Source: an uncultured Acidobacteriota bacterium
Lineage (GTDB): Bacteria; Acidobacteriota; Thermoanaerobaculia; Multivoradales; UBA5704
Reading direction: 5' to 3'
Length of the DNA: 64,000 nucleotides
Assembly: GCA_963700145.1 (NCBI GenBank)
Contig: OY969474.1
Coordinates: forward strand, 448,001 to 512,000
Positions within the stretch are counted from its first letter, which is position 1, and the number at the start of each line of letters is the position of its first letter. The translations under genes were made by a program, and so were the position numbers. Positions 9,345-18,734 of the stretch are shown here, piece after piece. The notes under the pieces were generated by a model. The model saw only the letters and a list, made by a program, of their open reading frames with translations. It did no database searches and was not told the origin of the DNA.

Positions 9345-11084
9345 GTGGAAAGCACACACGAAAACGAGGAGGCCCAGCCGGGCCTCGACCTCAACCGCCG
9401 CCAGTTCCTCGGCGGCGTCGGAGGGGTCACGGTCGGCACGCTCGCCGGCGGCCTCGCCGGCGTCGGCGCGTTGACCGTCGGCGCCCGCCCCGCCCGCGCC
9501 GACGAGATCGGGCCGCTATCGCCGTCCGACCGCGCCAGCGCGGCGAAGGCGATCCGCAAAGCCGCCGCCGACGCCGAGAAGGCGCTCGGCGTCTTCCCCC
9601 ACCCCTGCAACGGCGACGAGGCGCTCTACCCGAGCCGCATCGGCAGCTACCACAAGGCGCTGCCGCACGACGCCGACGGCTTCGTCGACACCGCCGCCTA
9701 CGCCACCCTCCGCGGCGCGATCGACAGCGGCCAGTTCGCCGACTTCGAGGCCGTGCCGCTGGGCGGCATCACCCGGCTGCTCAACCCGCTGGCGGCGATC
9801 GCTTTCAATCTCGAAGGGCCGGACAACGCGGCGACGGTCGGCGCCCCTCCGGCGCCGGCGCTCGCTTCGGCCGAACGCGCAGCCGAGGCGGCCGAGCTGT
9901 ACTGGATGGCCCTCACCCGCGACATCCCGTTCCCCAACTACGCCACCGACGCCACGATCGCGGACGCCTGCGCCGACCTCAGCAACCTTCCGGGCTACAA
10001 GGGACCGAAGGACGGAGGAATCGTCACGCCGCAGGTCCTCTTCCGCTGGCAGGCGCCGGGCGTCCTCGACGGTCCGATGACCTCGCAGTTCCTGCTGCGC
10101 AACTGGGTCTTCGACGGCGTCACCGTCACCGGGCGTGTCAACACCGCCGCCGTGGGCGGCGACTTCATGACCGAGTGGAACGAGTTCCTCGCCGTTCAGA
10201 ACGGCGGCGGCGGCAACGCCACGCCGCCGCTCGATGCGGTGTTGCGCTTCCCGCGCAGCGGCCGCGACCTGGCGATGGTCGCCGCCTTCGACAAGATCTA
10301 CACCGCTTACCTCAAGGCCTGTCACATCCTGCTCCAGTTCCCGATCAACTTCGCCACCGGCGCCTTCCTCGACGCGGCCTGGCCCTACAAGCCGGGGGGC
10401 AAGATGGCGGGGTTCGGCACCTTCGGCCTGGCCTGGCTGATCGAGAACGTGGCGTCGGTGGGGAAGGGTGAGCGGCACACCTGGTACCAGAAGTGGAACG
10501 TCCACCGGACCGTCCGGCCGGAGGCCTACGGCGGGCTGGTGCACAAGGCGCTGGCCGAAGGGTTCGCCCTGCCGATCCACAGCGACCTGACCACCGTCTC
10601 GACGGTGCTGCCGCGCGTCTTCGCCGCCAACCAGGCGCGCAACGCGGCGCGCGGGCTGGGCGCCGTCGGCACCTACCTGCTGTCGCAGCACCTCCGGCTC
10701 GGCTGCCCGACGCACCCGTCCTACCCGGCCGGTCACGCCTTCTCGGCGGGGGCCTGCGTCACCTTCCTCAAGGCGGTCGTCGACGAGGCCGCAATCCTGC
10801 CGGGGCCGGTCAAGCCGAGCGCCGACGGCACGACGACCTCGGCCTACGTGGCGGGGGTCGACGGGCCGGCGCTGACGGTCGGCGGCGAGCTCAACAAGCT
10901 GGCCCACAACCTGAGCTTCGGGCGCGACATGTCGGGGATCCACTGGCGGTCCGACGACGTGGCCGGCCTGCGGCAGGGCGAAGAGGTGGCGATCCGCTAC
11001 CTGCGCGAGCAGAAGGCGACCTACGCCGAGCCGTTCACCGGCTTCTCGCTCACCAAGTTCGACGGGACGACGATCATCATCTGA
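9345..11084 (+). CDS. Vanadium-dependent haloperoxidase with Tat signal peptide
   Basis: NRRQFLG twin-arginine leader; vanadate-binding motifs KWNVHRTVRPE, HPSYPAGHA, GRDMSGIHWRSD; GGAGG RBS upstream. Confidence 0.9.
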   Translation: MESTHENEEAQPGLDLNRRQFLGGVGGVTVGTLAGGLAGVGALTVGARPARADEIGPLSPSDRASAAKAIRKAAADAEKALGVFPHPCNGDEALYPSRIGSYHKALPHDADGFVDTAAYATLRGAIDSGQFADFEAVPLGGITRLLNPLAAIAFNLEGPDNAATVGAPPAPALASAERAAEAAELYWMALTRDIPFPNYATDATIADACADLSNLPGYKGPKDGGIVTPQVLFRWQAPGVLDGPMTSQFLLRNWVFDGVTVTGRVNTAAVGGDFMTEWNEFLAVQNGGGGNATPPLDAVLRFPRSGRDLAMVAAFDKIYTAYLKACHILLQFPINFATGAFLDAAWPYKPGGKMAGFGTFGLAWLIENVASVGKGERHTWYQKWNVHRTVRPEAYGGLVHKALAEGFALPIHSDLTTVSTVLPRVFAANQARNAARGLGAVGTYLLSQHLRLGCPTHPSYPAGHAFSAGACVTFLKAVVDEAAILPGPVKPSADGTTTSAYVAGVDGPALTVGGELNKLAHNLSFGRDMSGIHWRSDDVAGLRQGEEVAIRYLREQKATYAEPFTGFSLTKFDGTTIII

Positions 11085-11122
11085 CGAGCTTCGCCTTCAC
11101 GCCGCGAACGCGCGGCTCTCGC

Positions 11123-11159
11123 GGGGTGGCCCCTGGGGCTGGGGTCACCCCCTTTTTTT
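11123..11159 (+). terminator. Rho-independent terminator
   Basis: GGGGTGGCCCC / GGGGTCACCCC stem followed by a T7 tract, between convergent genes. Confidence 0.8.
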
Positions 11160-11162
11160 GTC

Positions 11163-12293
11163 TCAATAGAGCTCGAAGACCAGGATGCGGGCCTCGAGCG
11201 GACCGTTCCAGACCGGGATGCGGCGGCGCGGCTTCAAGCCGATCTCCTTGCCGAGGCCGGGGCCGCCGGCCAGGACGGCCGCTCGCCAGCCGGGGAAACG
11301 GCGCTTCAGGAGGTCGCCGAGCCGCCGCCACTGCTCGGCGTCGCCGCCCAACCGCTCGCCGTAGGGCGGGTTGACCACGACCAAGCCCGATCCCGCCGGC
11401 GGCTCGATCTCGAAGGCATCCCCCCGCGTCACCTCCGCCCGCTCCGCGAGCCCCGCCCGCGCCAGGTTGGCTAGCGCCGCGCGCACCGCCTCGGCCGCTC
11501 GGTCCCTGCCGGCGAGCCGCAGAGTGTCGGCGCCCGGCGCCGGCAACGCCTCCCGCCGCACCGCCGCGAAGGCTGCGGCGTCGAAGTCCGGCAGCCGCTC
11601 GAAGGCCCAGCCGCCGCCCGACTCGGCGCGCAGCGCCCCCGGCGCCCGGCCGAGCGCGAGCCAGCCGGCCTCGACGAGCAGCGTCCCCGAGCCGCACATC
11701 GGGTCCACCACCGGCCCGCGGCCGTCCCAGCCGGAGGCCAGGACGCAGGCCGCGGCGAGAGTCTCGCGCACCGGCGCGGCGGTCGAGACGGCGCGATAGC
11801 CGCGGCGGTCGAGCGGTTCGCCCGAAGTGTCGAGGAGCAGGGTGGCGCGGTCGCGGTGGAGGCGGAGGCGGAGCGGCAGGTCGGGGCGCTCGCGATCGAC
11901 GTCGGAGCGCCGCCCCCAGCGCTGCCGCTGGCCGTCCACCAGGCCGTCCTTGACCTTGAGCGCCGCCCACTGCGGGTCGCGGATGCGCGAGCCGGCCGCG
12001 CTGGCGCGGACGGCGAGGCTGCGCGAGGGGTGGAGGAGATCGGCCCGGTCGGCCGCCAGGGCGCGCGCCCCGGCGGCCAGCGCCTCGCCGTCCGGCGCCT
12101 CCCAGGCGCCGAGCTCGACCAGCACGCGGTTGGCGGTGCGCAGCCGCCAGTTGGCGCGCCAGCAGTCCTGCCAGCCGCCGCGGAAGGCGACCGCGCCCGG
12201 CTCGCGCACGGTCTCCTGCGCTCCCAGCGCCGCCAGCTCGCCTTCGAGCAGCTCCTCCAGACCGAGCCCGCAGGTGGCGACGAGGGCCAGCAC
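11163..12293 (-). CDS. THUMP-domain class I SAM RNA methyltransferase (RlmL-like)
   Basis: LDTSGEPLDRRGYR, APVRETLAAA, DPMCGSGT, NPPYGER motifs. Start placed at GTG 12293 (ATG 12317 is an alternative). Confidence 0.88.
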   Translation of the reverse strand: MLALVATCGLGLEELLEGELAALGAQETVREPGAVAFRGGWQDCWRANWRLRTANRVLVELGAWEAPDGEALAAGARALAADRADLLHPSRSLAVRASAAGSRIRDPQWAALKVKDGLVDGQRQRWGRRSDVDRERPDLPLRLRLHRDRATLLLDTSGEPLDRRGYRAVSTAAPVRETLAAACVLASGWDGRGPVVDPMCGSGTLLVEAGWLALGRAPGALRAESGGGWAFERLPDFDAAAFAAVRREALPAPGADTLRLAGRDRAAEAVRAALANLARAGLAERAEVTRGDAFEIEPPAGSGLVVVNPPYGERLGGDAEQWRRLGDLLKRRFPGWRAAVLAGGPGLGKEIGLKPRRRIPVWNGPLEARILVFELY

Positions 12294-12315
12294 CGGGGGA
12301 GTGTAGAGTAGGGAC

Positions 12316-12867
12316 ATGGCCCTCAACGACCTGATCGGAAGCTGGCGCGAGACGGTGCGCGGCGGCGACGTCGACGCCATCACCCGCCGCATCAAGGACG
12401 ACCTCTCCGGCCAGATCCAGCGCGAGGGGATGGACCTGCCGGCGAGCTACCGCGAGACCGATCCCGACCACTACGCCCGCCGTCTCCTCTACCGCGACCC
12501 CGAGCTGGCGCTGACCGCCGTGGTCATGGCCTGGGCGCCCCAGCAGGCGACGCCGCTCCACGACCACTCCGGCATCTGGTGCGTCGAAGGAGTCGTGGAA
12601 GGGGAGATGGAGGTCGTGCGCTACGAGCTGCTGGAGGAGCACGGCGCGGCCTGCCGCTTCGCCGAGGTGGAGCGGCTGCGCGCGACGACGGGCTCGGCGG
12701 GGGCGCTCATCCCGCCGCTCGAGTACCACGTCTTGCGCAACCCGACGGACCAGCCGGTCATCACCCTCCACGTCTACGGCGGCGAGATGGACCACTGCGG
12801 CGTCTTCGAGCCGCAGCCGGACGGGAGCTGGCGCCGCGAGGAGCGGGCGCTCTCCTACCACGACTAG
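12316..12867 (+). CDS. Cysteine dioxygenase family (cupin thiol dioxygenase)
   Basis: TPLHDH...W, YHVLRN, ITLHVYGG His-rich cupin motifs. Confidence 0.85.
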   Translation: MALNDLIGSWRETVRGGDVDAITRRIKDDLSGQIQREGMDLPASYRETDPDHYARRLLYRDPELALTAVVMAWAPQQATPLHDHSGIWCVEGVVEGEMEVVRYELLEEHGAACRFAEVERLRATTGSAGALIPPLEYHVLRNPTDQPVITLHVYGGEMDHCGVFEPQPDGSWRREERALSYHD

Positions 12868-12886
12868 GGCGCCGGCTCGGAGCGGC

Positions 12887-13987
12887 ATGGCGGCGACCGC
12901 GAACCTCCCCGGGAAGAGCCCCGACCTCGTCGTCCGGCAAGAGGAGCCCTTCAACGCCGGGCCGCCGCTCGACCGGCTGCTGCGCCACCCGATCACCTCC
13001 GCCGACCTCTTCTTCGTCCGCAACCACGCCGCGGTGCCGCGGATCGATCCGCAGCGCTACCGGCTGACGATCGAGGGTCTGGTCGAGCGCGCCCTGGCGC
13101 TCACCGTCGAGGACCTGCGCCGCAACTTCTCCTGGGTGCAGATCGAGGCCACCCTGCAGTGCGCCGGCAACCGGCGCACCGAGCTGACGTCCGTCGCCCC
13201 CATCCCCGGCGAGCTGCCCTGGGGGAGCGAGGCGATCTCGAACGCCCGCTGGGCGGGCGCGCCGCTCGCCGAGGTGCTCGCCGAGGCCAACGTGCTCCCC
13301 GACGCGCGGCACGTCGGCTTCACCGGCCTCGACCGGGTCGAGCGGCTGGGGAGCCGCTTCGGCTTCGGCGGCTCGGTGCCGCTCGGCAAGGCGCTCGGCC
13401 CCGAGGTGCTGCTCGCCTACGAGATGAACGGCGAGCCGCTGCCGCCGGTCCACGGCGCCCCGCTGCGCGCCCTCGTCCCCGGCTACATCGGGGCGCGCAG
13501 CGTCAAGTGGCTGTCGCGCATCGAGGTGCTGCGCGACCCCTCCGAGAACTACTTCCAGACCCGCGCCTACCGTCTCTCGCCGCCGGACGCGCGGGACCCC
13601 GCGGAGATCGACTGGTCGCAGGCGGTGATGCTCGGCGAGCTGCCGGTCAACTCGGTGATCTGCGACCCGGCCGACGGCGACGAGGTCCCGGCCGGGCGGC
13701 TCACCGTCGCCGGCTGGGCGATGGCGGGGGGCGGCCGCACGGTCGAGCGCGTCGACCTCTCGGGCGACGGCGGCCTCACCTGGTCGCGCTGCGAGGTCCT
13801 CCGCGGCGAGCGCTGGGCCTGGTGCCTATGGGGCGGCGAGGTCGAGCTGGCGCCGGGACCGCAGGAGCTCGTGGTCCGGGCGCTCGACTCGGCCGCGCAG
13901 CTCCAGCCCGAGCGCCTCGAGAGCGTCTGGAACGCCAAGGGCTACGCCAACAACGCCTGGCACCGCCTCGCCGTCACCGCCGTCTGA
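12887..13987 (+). CDS. Sulfite oxidase family molybdopterin enzyme, no signal peptide
   Basis: FFVRNH, LQCAGNRR (Mo-ligating Cys), AYEMNGEPL..HGAPLR, GARSVKWL, C-terminal WNAKGY dimerisation domain. Confidence 0.92.
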   Translation: MAATANLPGKSPDLVVRQEEPFNAGPPLDRLLRHPITSADLFFVRNHAAVPRIDPQRYRLTIEGLVERALALTVEDLRRNFSWVQIEATLQCAGNRRTELTSVAPIPGELPWGSEAISNARWAGAPLAEVLAEANVLPDARHVGFTGLDRVERLGSRFGFGGSVPLGKALGPEVLLAYEMNGEPLPPVHGAPLRALVPGYIGARSVKWLSRIEVLRDPSENYFQTRAYRLSPPDARDPAEIDWSQAVMLGELPVNSVICDPADGDEVPAGRLTVAGWAMAGGGRTVERVDLSGDGGLTWSRCEVLRGERWAWCLWGGEVELAPGPQELVVRALDSAAQLQPERLESVWNAKGYANNAWHRLAVTAV

Positions 13988-13992
13988 GCGCT

Positions 13993-14769
13993 CTACCCTT
14001 TGGCCGGGCGCTGCGGCGCGCCGTTGCCGGCGAGGCTGTAAGGCTCGCGCAGCTGGACCGGTTCCTTGGTGACCCGGTGCAGCCGCAGGTTCAGCATCTC
14101 GACGAAGATCGAGAACCCCATCGCGAAGTAGATGTAGCCCTTCGGGATGTGCTGGTCGAGCCCCTCGGCGAGCAGCGAGACGCCGATCAGCAGCAGGAAG
14201 GAGAGGGCCAGCATCTTCACCGTCGGATGGCGGTGGACGAAGTCGCCGAGCGGGCCGGCGGCGACGAGCATGACGCCGACGGCGATGACCACCGCCGCGA
14301 TCATCACGCCGACCTGATCGACCATGCCGACCGCGGTGATCACCGAGTCGAGCGAGAAGACGATGTCGAGCAGCGCGATCTGCGCGATCACCGCGCCGAA
14401 CGAGGCGGGGACGCGGGCGCTGGCGTGCCCCTCCTCGCCTTCGAGCTTGTCGTGAATCTCGTGGGTCGCTTTGTAGAGCAGGAAGAGGCCGCCCAGGAGG
14501 AGGATCAGGTCGCGGCCGGAGATCTCCTGGCCGAAGACGGTGAAGAGTGGCCGCGTCAGCCGGATCACCCAGGCGATCGATAGCAGGAGCAGGATGCGCG
14601 TCCCCATCGCGACGGCGAGGCCGAGCCGGCGCGCCCGGGCCTGCTGATTGGCTGGCAGCTTCCCGGCGAGGATCGAGATGAAGACGATGTTGTCGACGCC
14701 GAGGACGACTTCGAGCACCGTCAGCGTCAGCAGCGCGATCCAGACCTGCGGGTCGGAGGCCCATTCCAT
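13993..14769 (-). CDS. TerC family membrane protein
   Basis: LEVVLGVDNIVFI and DIVFSLDSVITAVG motifs. Confidence 0.92.
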   Translation of the reverse strand: MEWASDPQVWIALLTLTVLEVVLGVDNIVFISILAGKLPANQQARARRLGLAVAMGTRILLLLSIAWVIRLTRPLFTVFGQEISGRDLILLLGGLFLLYKATHEIHDKLEGEEGHASARVPASFGAVIAQIALLDIVFSLDSVITAVGMVDQVGVMIAAVVIAVGVMLVAAGPLGDFVHRHPTVKMLALSFLLLIGVSLLAEGLDQHIPKGYIYFAMGFSIFVEMLNLRLHRVTKEPVQLREPYSLAGNGAPQRPAKG

Positions 14770-14831
14770 CGGAGATCCCTCTCTTCTGCCGTAGCTCGGT
14801 CCCCGGACGGGGGGGCGGCGGGAGGTGAATT

Positions 14832-15236
14832 CTACGTTCGGGGTACCTCGCTCATCAACCCCAGGAAGTTCTCCTCCGAGTCGCGGAAGAAAGCCAGCCA
14901 GAGGTCGTGATCGGGAAGGCTCGCCACCTTGTGCGGCGTCCCCTCGAAGCGGACGCCGCGCCCGGCCAGGGCCGCGTGCGCGGCCTGGATATCGTCCACC
15001 TTGAAGTAGAGGATCGAGCCCGGGTGGTCGAACTCCGGCTTCTCGGCGCGGCCGAGCATCAGCCGAATGCCGCCGCAGTCGAAGAAGGCCAGGGGCCCGG
15101 GCGCCGCGAAGAGGAAGCGCATCCCCAGGGCGTCGCGGTAGAAAGCGGTGGCCCGCTCGACGTCGTGCGCGATGACCGCGATCTGCCCGATCCGCTCCAG
15201 CCCGAACCCCGCTGCCGTCGCTTCGCTGCCGTTCAT
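14832..15236 (-). CDS. VOC/glyoxalase family protein
   Basis: IGQIAV..DVERATAFYRD.LG, FFDCGGIRLML, AFFRDSEEN; AGAGGAG RBS before ATG 15236. Confidence 0.88.
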   Translation of the reverse strand: MNGSEATAAGFGLERIGQIAVIAHDVERATAFYRDALGMRFLFAAPGPLAFFDCGGIRLMLGRAEKPEFDHPGSILYFKVDDIQAAHAALAGRGVRFEGTPHKVASLPDHDLWLAFFRDSEENFLGLMSEVPRT

Positions 15237-15250
15237 GGTCGTGTCTCCTC

Positions 15251-15279
15251 TTGACATTGTTAGTTAGGCTAACTAAATT
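15251..15279 (+). promoter_or_regulatory. Sigma70 promoter (TTGACA-17-TAAATT) overlapping a perfect palindromic operator TTAGTTAG-G-CTAACTAA
   Basis: Read directly between the divergent VOC and MarR genes; palindrome at 15260-15276. Confidence 0.8.
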
Positions 15280-15285
15280 TAGGCC

Positions 15286-15741
15286 GTGAGCCGGAAGAAG
15301 TCAAGCGCGGCGGCCGGGGAGGAGAGCCAGGAGCTGGCGCTCCGCCTGCACGCCGCGGCGATCCACCTGCTGCGGCGGCTGCGGCAGGAGGACGCGGCGC
15401 TGGGCGTCTCGCCGGCGCGCGCCTCGGCGCTCTCGGTGCTCGCCTTCGGCGGCGCGCGTACGCTGGGCGAGCTGGCGGCGGCCGAGCAGGTGACGGCGCC
15501 GACGATGAGCCGACTGGTGGCGGCGCTGGAGGCGGACGGCCTGGTGGCGCGCGAGCCCGACCCCACCGACGGCCGGGTGGTGCGCCTGCGCGCCACCGCC
15601 GCCGGCCTGCGCTTGATCGAGCGCGGGCGCGCCCGGCGCGCCGCGCGGCTGGCGGCACGTCTCGAGGCGCTGGCGCCCGCCGAGCGGGCGGCGCTCGAGC
15701 GCGCGGTGGCGCTCCTCGAAGGGCTGCTGCCGGAGCTGTAG
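15286..15741 (+). CDS. MarR family transcriptional regulator
   Basis: TLGELAAAEQVTAPTMSRLV..LE..GLV.R..DPTDGR winged-helix pattern. Confidence 0.9.
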   Translation: MSRKKSSAAAGEESQELALRLHAAAIHLLRRLRQEDAALGVSPARASALSVLAFGGARTLGELAAAEQVTAPTMSRLVAALEADGLVAREPDPTDGRVVRLRATAAGLRLIERGRARRAARLAARLEALAPAERAALERAVALLEGLLPEL

Positions 15742-15759
15742 GGGGCGAGGCGCTCGCGC

Positions 15760-16947
15760 CTAGTCGGGCTGGCCGCGCGGCGCGACACGCAGGCCGGCGG
15801 GCGCTTCCTCGTCGGCCACCAGCGCGGCGCGGCCGGCGAGCCAGTCGAGAGCGGCCTGGCCGGCCAGCTCCCGCCGCCACCCCTGGAGCAGCGGCAGGTC
15901 CGGCTCGTGGTCGCGGTTGCCCAGCGACCACCAGGCGGCGAGCGTCTCGGCGTCGCCGCGCGAGGCGACGAAGCGCGCCGCCACGTCCCCCTCCCGGCTG
16001 CGCGCCTGGATCAGCGCCGAGAGCATCGCCGCCCAGCTCTGTGCCACCGGCGAGAGGAACGGCTCGCGCTCCGCCTCGACCGGCTCCTGCCAGCCCTGGC
16101 GGAGCGCGGCGAGGATGTCCCGCCCGTGGCGGCGGGCGGTGCCCTCCGACACCCCGCGTACGTCCTCCAGCGCCGCCTCCGACTTCGGCGGCCGGCGGGC
16201 GAGCGCCAGGAGCGGCCCCTCCTGGAGGATCCAGGACGGCGGCTTGTTGCCGGCGAGCGCCTCGCGCTCGCGCCAGGCGGCGAGGGCGCGGAGCGCGCCG
16301 AGCTGCCGCGGGTTGAGGTTGCTCCACCCCTTGAGCCGGCGGTAGGTCTCTTCCGGCGGCAACCGGCGGGAGGCGGCCTCGGCCATCCGCCGGGTCTCCT
16401 CCTCGACCCAGCCCAGGCGGCCGCGGTCGGCGAGCCGGCGCGACAGCTCCTGCCAGAGGCGTGGCAGGTAACGCACGTCGTCGAGGGCGTAGGCGAGCTG
16501 CTCGGGGGTGAGCGGCCGGCGTGCCCACTGCGTGAACTGGGAGGTCTTGTCGAGCTTGACGCCGAGCAGCCGCTCGACGAGCGGCGCGTAGCCCACCTGC
16601 TCGCCGAGGCCGAGGAAGGCGGCGGCGATCTGCGTGTCGAGGACGTTCGCCCCGCGCGCCCCGTAGAGGTGCCCGAGGAGGGCGAGGTCGCCGTGCCCGG
16701 CATGGAGGAGCTTGGTGACCGCCGGGTTGCCGACCAGCTCGACGATCGGCCGCGGATCGACCGCCAGCGGATCGACCGCCGCCACCTCCGGGTTTGCCGC
16801 GTCCCCCCAGGCGACCTGAACGAGCGCCAGCTCCGGCACGTAGCGCGACTCGGAGACGAACTCCAGGTCGAGCGCGAACCCCCCGGCCGCGGCCAGCTCC
16901 GCCGCCAGGGCGGCCACGTCGGCGGACTGCGTAAGGGGAGGTGGCAT
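15760..16947 (-). CDS. rnd: Ribonuclease D (3'-5' exonuclease + HRDC)
   Basis: ALDLEF, KLLHAG..D, DTQIAA, W..RPLTPEQL.YALDDV, then HRDC region AWRE..A..NKP. Confidence 0.88.
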   Translation of the reverse strand: MPPPLTQSADVAALAAELAAAGGFALDLEFVSESRYVPELALVQVAWGDAANPEVAAVDPLAVDPRPIVELVGNPAVTKLLHAGHGDLALLGHLYGARGANVLDTQIAAAFLGLGEQVGYAPLVERLLGVKLDKTSQFTQWARRPLTPEQLAYALDDVRYLPRLWQELSRRLADRGRLGWVEEETRRMAEAASRRLPPEETYRRLKGWSNLNPRQLGALRALAAWREREALAGNKPPSWILQEGPLLALARRPPKSEAALEDVRGVSEGTARRHGRDILAALRQGWQEPVEAEREPFLSPVAQSWAAMLSALIQARSREGDVAARFVASRGDAETLAAWWSLGNRDHEPDLPLLQGWRRELAGQAALDWLAGRAALVADEEAPAGLRVAPRGQPD

Positions 16948-17024
16948 GCGGCGGAGGGCATTGTAACGACGTGGCGTAGAATCCCGCAGACCCGCGGGCC
17001 AAGCTCTCGCCTCGACCCCCCGAC

Positions 17025-18734
17025 ATGACCGAGCAGAGCCCCCCGCCGGCCCCGCAGGCGGGGTCCGGCGGCGCCGCGGCACGGGTGGCGGTAGGGATCT
17101 TCCTCTCGCGGCTGGTGGGGTTCCTGCGCGAGCGGGGGCTGGCCTACTTCTTCGGCGTCGGGCCGCACGCCGACGTCTTCCGCGCCGCGCTGCGGGCGCC
17201 GAACGCGCTGCAGAACCTGCTCGGCGAGGGCACCCTCTCCGCCGCCTTCATCCCGATCTACAGCCGCTTCCTCGCCGCCGGCGAGCGCGAGGACGCCCGC
17301 CGCTTCGCCGGCGCCATCCTCGGCCTCCTCGTCGCCCTGGCCGGCGGCGCCGCGCTCCTCGGCGTCCTCCTGGCGCGGCCGCTCGTCGCCCTCCTCGCCG
17401 CCGGCTTCCTCGCCGACGCCCCGCGGGTCGCCGCCGGGGAGCTCGCCGTCGACCGCTACGAGCTGACGGTGCGCGCGGTGCGCATCCTCTTCCCGATGAC
17501 CGGCCTCCTGGTCCTCTCGGCCTGGGCGCTCGGCATCCTCAACAGCCACCGCCGCTTCTTTCTCTCCTACGTCGCGCCGGTGGTCTGGAACGCCGCGATC
17601 CTGGCGGCCCTCCTGACCGCCGGGGCGGTGCTGGCGCCGGGCGGCCTCCGCGCCGCCGGCGCCGGGCTGCCGGCGCCGCTCCTCGACCGGGTGCTGATCG
17701 CCGCCTGCTGGGGCGCGCTGCTCGGCGGGCTGCTGCAGTTCCTGGTGCAGCTGCCGCTCGTCCTCCGCCTTCTCGGCGGCCTCCGCCTCTCGCTCTCGAC
17801 CCGCGCCCCCGGCGTGCGCGAGGCCCTCGCCACCTTCGCGCCGGTCGTCGGCAGCCGCGGCGTCGTGCAGCTCGCCGGCTACCTCGACGTCTTCCTCGCC
17901 TCCTTCCTCGCCGCCGGCGCCACCGGCGCCCTCGGCTACGCGCAGATGCCTTACCTCCTGCCGGTGAGCCTCTTCGGCCTCTCGGTAGCGGCGGCCGAGC
18001 TGCCCGAGCTGGCGCGCCTGCGCGACCCCGAGTCGGCGCAGACGCTGCTCGCGCGGGTGCGCCGCTCGCTCGGGCGGATGGCGTTCCTCAACGCTCCCAC
18101 GACGGTGGGTTACCTCGCGTTCGGCCTGCTGATCGTCGCCGCCCTCTACCGCACCGGCACCTTCGGCGCCGCCGACACCTGGCTGGTCTACCTCGTCCTC
18201 GCCGGCTACACGCTGGGGCTCCTCGCCACGACCTCCTCGCGCCTCTTGCAGAACACCTTCTACGCGGTGGGCGACGCGCGCACACCGGCGCGCACCGCGG
18301 TCCTGCGGGTGGCGGTGGCGGCGGCGCTCGCGGTGCCGCTGATGCTCTGGCTCGACCGCTACGCCGTCGGGGCGTTCGTGGACCTGCCGGCCCAGGGGCG
18401 GCCGGTCCGCCTCGGCGCAGTCGGCCTGAGCCTGGGCTCGGCCGCCGGCGCCTGGCTCGAGCTCTGGCGCCTGCGCGCCGCCCTCCGGCGGCGGCTGGCC
18501 GCGGAGGTGGTGCCGTGGGGCGCGATGGGCAAGATGCTCGGGCTCGCCGCCGCCGCGGCGCTGCCGGCGGGGGCCCTCGCCTGGCACCTCCCGGAGGCTT
18601 TACACCCCGCCCTCCGGGCGCTCCTCGTGCTCGGCGTCTACGGCGGCGGCTATCTCCTGCTGGCGCGCCTCGCCGGAGTGGGGGAGCTGGACGCGCTCCG
18701 CAGGCGGCTCGGGCGCGGCGGCGCCGCGCCATGA
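17025..18734 (+). CDS. murJ: Lipid II flippase MurJ (MviN)
   Basis: SRLVGFLRE, R.PN.LQNLLGEGTLSAAFIP, many TM helices. Confidence 0.93.
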   Translation: MTEQSPPPAPQAGSGGAAARVAVGIFLSRLVGFLRERGLAYFFGVGPHADVFRAALRAPNALQNLLGEGTLSAAFIPIYSRFLAAGEREDARRFAGAILGLLVALAGGAALLGVLLARPLVALLAAGFLADAPRVAAGELAVDRYELTVRAVRILFPMTGLLVLSAWALGILNSHRRFFLSYVAPVVWNAAILAALLTAGAVLAPGGLRAAGAGLPAPLLDRVLIAACWGALLGGLLQFLVQLPLVLRLLGGLRLSLSTRAPGVREALATFAPVVGSRGVVQLAGYLDVFLASFLAAGATGALGYAQMPYLLPVSLFGLSVAAAELPELARLRDPESAQTLLARVRRSLGRMAFLNAPTTVGYLAFGLLIVAALYRTGTFGAADTWLVYLVLAGYTLGLLATTSSRLLQNTFYAVGDARTPARTAVLRVAVAAALAVPLMLWLDRYAVGAFVDLPAQGRPVRLGAVGLSLGSAAGAWLELWRLRAALRRRLAAEVVPWGAMGKMLGLAAAAALPAGALAWHLPEALHPALRALLVLGVYGGGYLLLARLAGVGELDALRRRLGRGGAAP

